Both the position numbers and the translations under genes were made by a program. A DNA stretch of 64,000 nt from assembly GCA_017613135.1 (NCBI GenBank), contig JAGAEN010000018.1:956-64955 (forward strand), in the 5' to 3' direction. Numbering within the stretch: position 1 is the first letter of the stretch; each line of letters starts with the position of its first letter. Below the pieces are notes generated by a model that was not told the DNA's origin, ran no database searches, and was given only the letters and a program-made list of their open reading frames with translations. Below are positions 18,427-26,964 of this stretch, piece after piece. The stretch comes from Candidatus Saccharimonadota bacterium (GTDB lineage Bacteria > Patescibacteriota > Saccharimonadia > Saccharimonadales > Saccharimonadaceae).

Positions 18427-20177
18427 TACAAGCCTCTTAGATAGTCGGCGAGGGCGGAGAGTTTGATTTTTTCTTCTTTATCGCGAAGACGGAGAGAGAC
18501 GATTCCCTCTTCGACATCTTTCGGGCCGACAATGATAAGAACTGGGATTTTGAGGTCGGTGGCGCGTTTGATTTTCTTGCCAAGAGAATCGGCTGAGTCA
18601 TCTACAGTGAAGCGGAGTTCGTTGTATTTAAGTGGTTTGTCGAGTACGATGCCGCTTAGAGTGTCAGTAATTTTTTTGACATAATCAGAAACTTTGTCAT
18701 TTACGGTGACGATGCGAACTTGCTCTGGGGCGCACCAGAATGGGAACCAACCACCAGTGTGCTCAATAAAGACCGAAAGGAAGCGCTCAATGGAGCCGAG
18801 CGTAGCGTGGTGAATCATCACAGGGCGTTCTTTTTCGCCTTTTTCGTTAGTGAATTCGAGACCAAAGCGTTCCGGTTGGACAAAATCTAACTGAATAGTG
18901 GCAAGTTGATGCTCGCGACCGATGGCGTCTTCGGCCATAAAATCAATCTTCGGACCATAGAAGGCGGCCTCGCCTTCTTGTTCAAAATAATCTAGGCCAT
19001 TGTCGATAGCGGCTTGTTTGATTTGTTTTTGGGCCATTCCCCAAAGCTTCTTATCGCCGAGATATTTGTCTTCATCGGAACGGTAAGAGAGACGAGCACG
19101 GAGCTTCTGCATACCCATGGTAGTGTAAAGCTCTTTAACGATAGCGACTAGTCGCTTAACCTCATCTTTGATTTGATCTTTGCGGCAGAAAACATGCGAA
19201 TCATCTTGAGTGAGTGAGCGAACGCGCGAAAGACCGCCGAGCTCGCCAGTTTTCTCGTCGCGATAATCGGTAGTGGCTTCCATATAACGCACTGGCATCT
19301 CTTTATAAGTACGTGGGCGAGAAGCAAAAATCTGCGCATGGTGTGGACAGTTCATTGGTTTCATTGCAAAATCTTCACCATTAACTTGAGAATGGACCAT
19401 AAAGAGTTCGTCGCCGAATTTGGCATAGTGACCGGAAGTCTTATAAAGGTCGGTCTTGGTAATATGTGGGGTCCAAACTTTCTTAAACCCTTCACGGCCA
19501 CGTAAACTAAGCGAATAATTTGCCATTAATTCGCGGAGTTCTGTACCACGAGGAGTAAAGAGTGGCAAACCAGCACCAACCAAATCAGAGAAGCAGAAAA
19601 GATCTAGTTCTCTACCGAGTTTACGATGGTCGCGAGCTTTGGCTTCTTCTTGACGCTTCAAATATTCGTCCAACTCTTCCTGTGTATCAAAGGCAACACC
19701 GTAGATGCGAGTAAGCATTTCTCTTTTTTCATCACCACGCCAATAGGCGCCGGCAACGCGGATGAGTTTAAAGGCACCAACCTCACCGGTGTTTTTAACG
19801 TGAGGGCCTTTACATAAATCAGTAAAGACATCACCTAAATCGTAAAATGAAATCTCGGCGCTCTCTGGTAAATCTTCAATTAACTCAACCTTGTATTTCT
19901 GGCTGTGGTCGCGAGCCCAGTTTAAAGCGTCCATTTTGGACACGACGCGCTTTTCCATTGGAAGCTTACGGGCGATAATACCACGCATTTTCTTCTCAAT
20001 TTTCGGCAAATCTGCATCAGAAATCTTGGCGTCGCCGAAGTCAATATCATAATAGAAGCCATTGTCAATAGCTGGGCCGATACCGAATGTGGCTGTAGGA
20101 TAAAGCTCCTGTACCGCAGCAGCGAGTACGTGACTTAAAGTGTGCCTCATTTTTTCGAGATTTTCCTCTTTTTTCAT
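18426..20177 (-). CDS. thrS: Threonyl-tRNA synthetase (no N-terminal TGS domain)
   Basis: 583 aa. Editing motifs HTLSHVLA and CKGPH, plus class II core motifs. Confidence 0.95.
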   Translation of the reverse strand: MKKEENLEKMRHTLSHVLAAAVQELYPTATFGIGPAIDNGFYYDIDFGDAKISDADLPKIEKKMRGIIARKLPMEKRVVSKMDALNWARDHSQKYKVELIEDLPESAEISFYDLGDVFTDLCKGPHVKNTGEVGAFKLIRVAGAYWRGDEKREMLTRIYGVAFDTQEELDEYLKRQEEAKARDHRKLGRELDLFCFSDLVGAGLPLFTPRGTELRELMANYSLSLRGREGFKKVWTPHITKTDLYKTSGHYAKFGDELFMVHSQVNGEDFAMKPMNCPHHAQIFASRPRTYKEMPVRYMEATTDYRDEKTGELGGLSRVRSLTQDDSHVFCRKDQIKDEVKRLVAIVKELYTTMGMQKLRARLSYRSDEDKYLGDKKLWGMAQKQIKQAAIDNGLDYFEQEGEAAFYGPKIDFMAEDAIGREHQLATIQLDFVQPERFGLEFTNEKGEKERPVMIHHATLGSIERFLSVFIEHTGGWFPFWCAPEQVRIVTVNDKVSDYVKKITDTLSGIVLDKPLKYNELRFTVDDSADSLGKKIKRATDLKIPVLIIVGPKDVEEGIVSLRLRDKEEKIKLSALADYLRGL

Positions 20178-20239
20178 CTTTATCCTTTCTTTATCGTACT
20201 ATTATACCACACTTGATTATTTTCGGCGGGTCCTGTCAT

Positions 20240-20355
20240 AAACCCAAAAAATTCGTTTCTCGACGCGCTCACGCCGGCCCGTCGTTACGGGCGGCGCTTC
20301 GCTCACTTCGCTCCCGTTGTCGCTCAAAGGTCTCGAAATAAATATTTTTGGGTTT
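20240..20355. repeat. GC-rich hairpin element (family 1), intergenic copy overlapping the stop of the AEC transporter gene
   Basis: The core gccggcccgtcgttacgggcggcgcttcgctcacttcgctcccgttgtcgc is flanked by aaacccaaaaa / tttttgggttt. Confidence 0.65.
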
Positions 20356-21280
20356 AAACCAGTAAAAGCAGCACCATTAAAGGTAGCGTTGCGACGGAGA
20401 AAATGGTCGAAATGGTGACGAGCTCGGAAGATTCGGCGGCGTTGCCACCGTATTTGACGGCAAAAAGTCCAAGCGAAGTAGCGGTAGGAAGAGCCTGGAT
20501 GAGAGTGCAGACCTCAATGACTTCGATTGGAAATTGGAGCAAAGTGAGAATGCCCCACGTGACGAGCGGACCAAGAGTGAGTTGGATAAGCGCCGTGAGC
20601 ATTAAACGCCATTTTTTGAATACATTTTTTAACTTAGCTTGTGACAACATAAAGCCAATGCAAATAATCGAGAGTGGAGTAGTGGCGCCGCCGATATAAC
20701 CTACTGCATCTGTTAAAAAGCTCGGCAGCTTAATGCCGATAAGAAATAAAATCATACCTAAAATCACGGCGATGATATTAGGATTAAAAATAATGTTTAG
20801 TAATAGTTTTATGGAAATTTTTTGTTCAAAGAGCCAAATGCCATAAGAAAATAGTGCGATATTAAACGCGATAATGAACCCACAGTAGGCCAAAATGCCG
20901 CTCGCACCAAAAGTATTAGCCACAATGGGATAGCCGAGAAAAGTGGCATTATTAAAAATCATTGCGAATTGGGCTTCATCAGACAATTCCTTTTTCATCC
21001 ATTTTTTATTAAAAATAAGTTTAGCGAGAATAATTAGCACAAACATAATGAGAGTGCCAGCAAGGAGGCCGGAGAAAAACAAATTGGCGGAGTCCTGATT
21101 ATACTCTGAGGGGAAAGCCATAAAAAGTGAGGCTGGCATAAAGACCGTGAGGAGAAGGTTGGTAATTTGTTTGTTGGTGTGTTCGCTGATGATTTTGAAT
21201 TTACCAAGCAAAAACCCGAGCGTCATAATTAGCGCGATGGATCCAAGGCGAGCATAAAAGACAGAAAGTTCTATCTGCAT
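20354..21280 (-). CDS. AEC (auxin efflux carrier) family permease
   Basis: 308 aa, about 10 TM helices, typical AEC layout. Confidence 0.7.
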   Translation of the reverse strand: MQIELSVFYARLGSIALIMTLGFLLGKFKIISEHTNKQITNLLLTVFMPASLFMAFPSEYNQDSANLFFSGLLAGTLIMFVLIILAKLIFNKKWMKKELSDEAQFAMIFNNATFLGYPIVANTFGASGILAYCGFIIAFNIALFSYGIWLFEQKISIKLLLNIIFNPNIIAVILGMILFLIGIKLPSFLTDAVGYIGGATTPLSIICIGFMLSQAKLKNVFKKWRLMLTALIQLTLGPLVTWGILTLLQFPIEVIEVCTLIQALPTATSLGLFAVKYGGNAAESSELVTISTIFSVATLPLMVLLLLV

Positions 21281-21303
21281 ATGCTTATTTTAGCATATTT
21301 TGG

Positions 21304-21948
21304 TTATTTTTGTTTTTTGAGAGCGCCGCGAATCTTTAAAGTGTGGCAGATGTCGCGGGCGGCTTCATCGAAATTGTTAATGATTTTAGTGTTATGACCA
21401 AAGATACGGCGGAGTTCATTTTCGAGATCGGCAAACTGCGTGCAGGTAAAAATCAATTGCTCTGGTTTATAGGGTAGGAGCGGTTTAAGGTCACGGCGAA
21501 TTTTGCCGTGGCCTAGTTCCCCGTCGTCAATTAGAATCGGCCAGTCATCGAGAACAAGGGTTCTAGCTTTGATTTGATGCGCGAAACGTTTGTATTTAAA
21601 AGTTCTCGCGACGGCTTTGGTAGTAAGAATGACGGTGCGATAACGGAAATTCGCTGGATGATTGAGTTTTAGACCGACGAAGCACTGGTTTTTGTATTTA
21701 CGCCGAAAATATTTGAGGCTGGTGACTGACAAGAGATAGTTTGCGAAAACTATCGCATCGGCCTTACCGATGTAAGGTTTTAGAGCCTCTTCTGCAAGAC
21801 GACGCGTCAATCTGGCGTTATGTTGCATTTTATCGGCATTTCGCCAATCGATCACCCTGACAATATCGACTAACGGTAATTCCTCTTCTAAGTAGTCGGC
21901 GAAAAGCTCGCCGCCATAACCACTGTCAAAAACCACAACTTTAAGCAT
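21304..21948 (-). CDS. Asp/Glu racemase-like protein (divergent)
   Basis: N-terminus VVVFDSGYGGELF resembles the MurI VFDSGVGG motif. The catalytic Cys motifs are not clearly conserved. Confidence 0.45.
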   Translation of the reverse strand: MLKVVVFDSGYGGELFADYLEEELPLVDIVRVIDWRNADKMQHNARLTRRLAEEALKPYIGKADAIVFANYLLSVTSLKYFRRKYKNQCFVGLKLNHPANFRYRTVILTTKAVARTFKYKRFAHQIKARTLVLDDWPILIDDGELGHGKIRRDLKPLLPYKPEQLIFTCTQFADLENELRRIFGHNTKIINNFDEAARDICHTLKIRGALKKQK

Positions 21949-22200
21949 AAAAATCCTTTCTTCCTCCACAGCCATGATTGTAGCACGAACCTTAGGGCGA
22001 TGAGTTGGTGATTTTTCGAGTTATGGGACAAATGTCCCGAAACTCAAAATTTCGTCAAAAATAACAGGGGTGAGAAAAATACTAAAAATGATACAAAAAT
22101 CCCACTTTCTAAAAAAGTGGGGAGAATCTAAGTTTGTTGGGGCTTAATTCGCCAGGTTTTAACAGACTATAAGAAAAAATGACGAGTAATTACTAGTAGA

Positions 22201-22209
22201 TGGTATAAT
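22201..22209 (+). promoter_or_regulatory. Extended -10 promoter TGGTATAAT
   Basis: TGGTATAAT lies 14 nt upstream of ATG 22224, with no SD sequence. Confidence 0.45.
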
Positions 22210-22223
22210 ATAATTATATACTT

Positions 22224-23183
22224 ATGGCAGAAACATTATCAAATATCGGTGAACAAGCATCTGGAACCCCAAAATTAACAAAATGGGACAAGTTGAAAGA
22301 TGTTCCTTTTAACGGTGAAAAACAATCTGAGAGCTTCGAAACTGAGCTGACTTCCCCTTCTGATGTTTTGAATGATACCCAAAAATTTGTAATCAAGAAT
22401 GGAAAAATATATTCAAGAGAAACTGGTCGAGAAGAATCTGATGAGGATACAGTCCTTAGAGTGAAAACATCAAGGTTTTTGTTCAACGAAGCTAAAAATC
22501 TCCGTGACGAACAAGCCCAAATGCTTGGCGATAGATTTGTTGACAAAGGGCCAGACTACTATGTAGACAAGATAATGGATAGGTACGGTTTTAAGAATGA
22601 GGACACCGAGTACGCCGAAGGAAAACTTCTGAAAAACCTAGTCAATAATGGCTCTTACCACCAATCAATAGGAGATGACAACCTAATTAATTCGAAATTC
22701 GATATGTTTATCGGTAATAAGGGAGACCTTGGTAGAGCACTCCTGGGGCGCAGACTCAAGCAACATGGCTTAAAGATGATTAATATGGATATAAATGTTG
22801 ATTCTTCTACCTTTAAAAAAGATGGGTATTCCACAGTAGACATAAAAGTTGATGCTGCTCCAATCACAAAAGCTGAAAGAGCATCCAGTAATCCAAATTC
22901 TTTTAGCCATCCAGCAGCAGAACAATTAAGCAAACTTGAGGCGGAACTAATTAAAGCACAGGAAGAGGGCGACGAAGAGACTGCAAGAGGCTATCGTGCT
23001 GCATTAAAAATGGTAGTCGAGAGGAATCGTCTCGAAGTATCCCCAAAAGACTGGGATAATATGAATGACGAACAAAAAGAGAGATTCTACAAGTTAAAAA
23101 TGAAAGAAGAAAAGATATTGGGAGATAAAGATGCTTTTAATTTTTGGAACGCTAATCTCCAACGACTGAAAAATAAATCTTAA
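22224..23183 (+). CDS. Hypothetical protein (orphan, opposite strand to neighbours)
   Basis: 319-aa ORF, hydrophilic, with a charged coiled-coil-like C-terminus. No family recognised. Confidence 0.5.
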   Translation: MAETLSNIGEQASGTPKLTKWDKLKDVPFNGEKQSESFETELTSPSDVLNDTQKFVIKNGKIYSRETGREESDEDTVLRVKTSRFLFNEAKNLRDEQAQMLGDRFVDKGPDYYVDKIMDRYGFKNEDTEYAEGKLLKNLVNNGSYHQSIGDDNLINSKFDMFIGNKGDLGRALLGRRLKQHGLKMINMDINVDSSTFKKDGYSTVDIKVDAAPITKAERASSNPNSFSHPAAEQLSKLEAELIKAQEEGDEETARGYRAALKMVVERNRLEVSPKDWDNMNDEQKERFYKLKMKEEKILGDKDAFNFWNANLQRLKNKS

Positions 23184-23334
23184 GGAATTTAACAGCCGAA
23201 ATTATAGAGGTAAAATACGATTTTTTGCGTGTTTTTGTCGTAAAAATGGCATAAAAATAGCCCTCTATTTTAGCAAGGGATTTAACAGACATTTACAGAT
23301 TGCGGAATAGATAAAAATAATATTATAAACCGTT

Positions 23335-23351
23335 TGGTGGGTGATGAGGGG
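23335..23351 (-). repeat. 17-nt exact duplicate of the tRNA-Val 3' end (att-like)
   Basis: tggtgggtgatgagggg occurs at 23335-23351 and at 23524-23540. Confidence 0.8.
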
Positions 23352-23523
23352 TTTTGTTTTCGCTAAGGCGAAAACAATTCGTGGGGCGTCGCCTCAAAAA
23401 ATCCCAAACAAGGTTTGGGATTTTTACTCGGCTCCTACCACGAGCGAACCCCTACGGGGTTCTCGCCCCTCTCAACGCTCGTCAGAGATTAAATAAAGAG
23501 CCCTTGGCTCTTTCTTTAATTTC

Positions 23524-23600
23524 TGGTGGGTGATGAGGGGCTCGAACCCCCGACCTTCTCGGTGTAAACGAGACGCTCTAGCCAACTGAGCTAATCACCC
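23524..23600 (-). tRNA. tRNA-Val (anticodon TAC), CCA encoded
   Basis: Manual cloverleaf: acceptor GGGTGAT/ATCACCC, anticodon loop TTTACAC, T-loop TTCGAGC. Confidence 0.9.
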
Positions 23601-23653
23601 GTAATTTCTATTATAGCATAAGACGGGATTTTTTGCTACTACTGTCTCGGCGT

Positions 23654-24217
23654 CTAGCTGGTCACTGGGCCGAGGCGAGTGATGGCGGTATTGGTAAGAT
23701 AAACTATTTTATCTGTAACGGTAGTGATTTCTTCTTTTCTAAAACCGTTTTTCTCCCATTGCCCAATTAGGGCAGAGATTTCTTTTAAATAAATTTCAAA
23801 CATCGCTTGGTTTTTAATCCGACCGGTGGCTAAGAGTTTAGATGATAAGCATAAAAGCATGGTTTCGGTAAAGTTGGGATTACCGTAATCCAATAAAAAC
23901 TGTACAATTTTTTGATGGACAGTTAAAAAAATTAAAGTATTTCGAAAAAGGTGCGGCAAGTGGGCATTTTTATTATTCAAGGTCTTTTTAATTAGACTTC
24001 TATATTTTCGTAAAATGTATTGTTCGTAACTTGGAATGATTTCGTGAATAGAATGATGGTGACGATAAAAAGTTGAATGCGAAATTCTAGCGGTCTTTAC
24101 AAGCCGACAGACACTTAAGTTCCCTTTTAGTAAGCAGAAGTTTACGATGATGATTTCTTCGGTTTTTCTAAACCTTTGGTTCTTTAGTTTTTGGTCTGTG
24201 ATTTTGCTACCCACCAC
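23654..24217 (-). CDS. TetR/AcrR-like transcriptional regulator
   Basis: HTH-like segment LVKTARISHSTFYRHH near the N-terminus. GTG start. Confidence 0.55.
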   Translation of the reverse strand: MVGSKITDQKLKNQRFRKTEEIIIVNFCLLKGNLSVCRLVKTARISHSTFYRHHHSIHEIIPSYEQYILRKYRSLIKKTLNNKNAHLPHLFRNTLIFLTVHQKIVQFLLDYGNPNFTETMLLCLSSKLLATGRIKNQAMFEIYLKEISALIGQWEKNGFRKEEITTVTDKIVYLTNTAITRLGPVTS

Positions 24218-24227
24218 GAAATTCTAA

Positions 24228-25853
24228 TTATTTTTTGATGATTTTTTTAGTAACGTCAAATTTCTCCATATAAAGCCCGAGCATTAGGCGAGTTTGGGCG
24301 TAAAAAGCGGCGAGCGATTGATAAATAATTGAGGTGACTGGCATTAAAATCCATTGTAAAAGCATTACGATGTTTTTAGTTTTATGATATTTGGCGGGGC
24401 GTTTCGGTAAAAGTTTAAAAGAGACCAACACCGAAACAATAAGACCAACCGAGGCAAAGGTTTCAACTATGCTGACAATGTTTGGAAGATTATAGGCGAC
24501 CATATTATGAGAAGAAACATTCATGATCATCGGCACCCAGCCGCCAAAAGCCACAATAGGAGCAAGAATAGCAAGCGTTATGTGACCATCGAGAAGGCGC
24601 CAGAATTTGGGAAAAAGTTGGAGGAACGGCATCGGGCGATTTTTCTTTTTAGTGAATAATCGCGTGCCGACATATGCCACATCGGAAGCGCCATAATACC
24701 AACGGCGGACTTGAATGAATTGGGCCTTAACGGTTTTTAGAAAAGTTTCGTCAATTACGGCGTCTTGGTAAATCGGAATGCGAATGGGCAAAACTGTATA
24801 ATCACCGCTGAAGAAAAACAAACTTCGCCAGTACTGATGGCCGTCTTCTACGATGGTGCGTTTACTCCAAAAATGCATCGCTTCGAGAGCCTGTAAAGGC
24901 TGGGAGTGGGAGGCGAAATTTCTAAGTACGTGTGGGCGCATAGTGGAAATCACGTTAAAGAAGGAGTTTGATACTGCAATTACCCTAGTAGGAGCAGGGG
25001 CGTCCCAGATATTATTGGTGAATAGCGAAACTGGCTGATAGCTTAAGCGCTGGCGATTGGGGTGAGTAATAAATTCATAGGCCACTGAATCAAGATATTT
25101 TTCGTGCATATGATTGTCGCTGTCAAGCGAAGTGACAATGATGTTTTCGACCGGGAGATGGTTCTTTTTAACATATTCCGCGACTTTTTCACCAGCATAA
25201 GTAAGATTGGGGCCTTTGCCAATGACTTCGCCAGGAAGATTATCAGGATGTTTGATGGCGAGAAAATCTTTGAAAGTCTTTTTGTATTTGTTTGTTAAGA
25301 TTTTTGCGGTAGTGGCCATCGCTTCCCCGCCCCGCTCTTCATAGGCGAGTGCTACGATGATGTGGCTATTTGGAAAAGTCGATTTTTTGATGGCTTCAAT
25401 AGATGGTTCCAAAACTTCTAACCCTTCATTGTAAGCGGTGACGATAACTACGTGGTAAACTTTAGAAGGTTTGGGATATTCAGTATCCATTGTGGCCATA
25501 AATTTAAGATTCTCAATATGTTCGTCAAAGTGATAACTCTTGTCGTGGCTATCTCTTAAGCGTTCATAGGCGGCGTGGGGGTTTTCTAAATCTTCAATGC
25601 GTTTTCGCCAATCAACGCGCTCGGCACGTTTAATTACTTCGTAACCTTGCACGGTACGATAAGCCACACCGATAGCTTTGACCAAGGTCGACGCAATGAT
25701 AATAAATAAATATATGGAACCAGCAACTGGATCAAGCCAGGATAAAATAAATAGTAGAATGATGGCGCCATAAGAAATGAGGCCGGGTAAGATTTCGAAA
25801 AAACGGTAGGCCTTGGTACGTTTGCCCTGAGGAATTTCTAAGTTGCGGCGCAT
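24228..25853 (-). CDS. Membrane-embedded processive family-2 glycosyltransferase (cellulose/chitin synthase-like)
   Basis: TAYNE, SLDSD, and QVRRW (Q-x-x-RW) motifs, with flanking TM helices. Confidence 0.7.
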   Translation of the reverse strand: MRRNLEIPQGKRTKAYRFFEILPGLISYGAIILLFILSWLDPVAGSIYLFIIIASTLVKAIGVAYRTVQGYEVIKRAERVDWRKRIEDLENPHAAYERLRDSHDKSYHFDEHIENLKFMATMDTEYPKPSKVYHVVIVTAYNEGLEVLEPSIEAIKKSTFPNSHIIVALAYEERGGEAMATTAKILTNKYKKTFKDFLAIKHPDNLPGEVIGKGPNLTYAGEKVAEYVKKNHLPVENIIVTSLDSDNHMHEKYLDSVAYEFITHPNRQRLSYQPVSLFTNNIWDAPAPTRVIAVSNSFFNVISTMRPHVLRNFASHSQPLQALEAMHFWSKRTIVEDGHQYWRSLFFFSGDYTVLPIRIPIYQDAVIDETFLKTVKAQFIQVRRWYYGASDVAYVGTRLFTKKKNRPMPFLQLFPKFWRLLDGHITLAILAPIVAFGGWVPMIMNVSSHNMVAYNLPNIVSIVETFASVGLIVSVLVSFKLLPKRPAKYHKTKNIVMLLQWILMPVTSIIYQSLAAFYAQTRLMLGLYMEKFDVTKKIIKK

Positions 25854-25856
25854 TTT

Positions 25857-26219
25857 TTAGGCTCCTTTGGTTAGCCTAAATAGAACAATAAAGGCTCCGA
25901 TAATAAGGGTGGCGGTCGTAATTAAGAAAAACTTGGTCATACCGGCGCCACGTTTTTCATAAATACGAAGCGCGATGAGAGTGTGAAAGAAACCAAAAAT
26001 AATTGCTAGAAGTGGGAAAACGAGCATATCGGCCCAGGAACCATTACGGTAACCGCCGATGTCGCCGTAGCCAATTTTAACTATAGCGCTATCAGGATTG
26101 AGTTTCAAAATACCAACTACTAGTAAAGCGATGGAGCCTAAAATATTGATTATAATCAAAACCAAGGTTAATCTTTCGTTCCGGTATATCTTTTTTAAAT
26201 CTTCTATAAAGTGTTTCAT
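25857..26219 (-). CDS. Small membrane protein
   Basis: 120 aa, three to four TM helices. Coupled to the upstream gene (TAAT ATG). Confidence 0.5.
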   Translation of the reverse strand: MKHFIEDLKKIYRNERLTLVLIIINILGSIALLVVGILKLNPDSAIVKIGYGDIGGYRNGSWADMLVFPLLAIIFGFFHTLIALRIYEKRGAGMTKFFLITTATLIIGAFIVLFRLTKGA

Positions 26220-26220
26220 A

Positions 26221-26811
26221 TTATTTGGTAAGTTTTTCTATAACCATATTAATGTGTTGAATGAACATCACGTCACCGATGATGCCAATAATACCAGTAG
26301 CAACCATTAACCCACCGATTAACGCTACTACGGCTCCGGTATTAAAGGTGACAAAGATGCCAAGTACTAGCATAACAAGTGCTAGAAGCAAAATATATTT
26401 CCAGGTCGAGATGCTGGCAGTGGCGAGTTTGGTAGCAGTATTAATGCGGACTAAGGATTCATAAATAATAATTACGCCAATAATAACGCGGAAAACGCCA
26501 GCGATGTCTTCGCCTATCACTAAGGCAGTAATACCGAGCAAAATTGAAACTACGCCGTAGAGAAGTCCGTTATCGAAAAAGTCGTTGCGACCACCAGACA
26601 TGAAATAAGTGATAATTTGAAAACCACCTTTTACAATAAAGAAAGCGCCGACGATGTAAGCTAGAACTTTTATCATCGTGTCTGGCCAAACAATAAATAG
26701 AATACCAAGCACCATCACGGCAAGTGATTCGATAATTGCCGACCAGGCTGATTTTTTAATATCGCCACCAATTTGCTCGACTGGACGTTTGATAATCTCC
26801 GCTTTTGTCAT
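26221..26811 (-). CDS. HdeD/DUF308-family membrane protein
   Basis: Repeated DUF308-like TM pairs. Start set at MTKAEII, preceded by AAGGAG and a TGTTATAAT promoter. Confidence 0.6.
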   Translation of the reverse strand: MTKAEIIKRPVEQIGGDIKKSAWSAIIESLAVMVLGILFIVWPDTMIKVLAYIVGAFFIVKGGFQIITYFMSGGRNDFFDNGLLYGVVSILLGITALVIGEDIAGVFRVIIGVIIIYESLVRINTATKLATASISTWKYILLLALVMLVLGIFVTFNTGAVVALIGGLMVATGIIGIIGDVMFIQHINMVIEKLTK

Positions 26812-26856
26812 TTTCACTCCTTTTTCTATAACCATTATAACATAATCGTAAAAAAA

Positions 26857-26932
26857 TGGAGCCGTTGGCAGGGATCGAACCTGTGACCTGCTCGTTACGA
26901 ATGAGCTGCTCTACCAACTGAGCTACAACGGC
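26857..26932 (-). tRNA. tRNA-Thr (anticodon CGT), CCA encoded
   Basis: Acceptor GCCGTTG/CAACGGC, anticodon loop TTCGTAA, T-loop TTCGATC. Two stem mismatches were noted. Confidence 0.8.
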
Positions 26933-26964
26933 ACTTTTATAATTATATCATATTTTAAGGAGAT

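Noticed and set aside
22158-23290. 10-nt direct repeat TTTAACAGAC flanking the orphan gene (22158-22167 and 23281-23290, with a partial copy at 23187-23197)
   Set aside because: A single 10-mer match within ~1.5 kb of AT-rich DNA is roughly what chance would give. It is not sufficient to call element ends.
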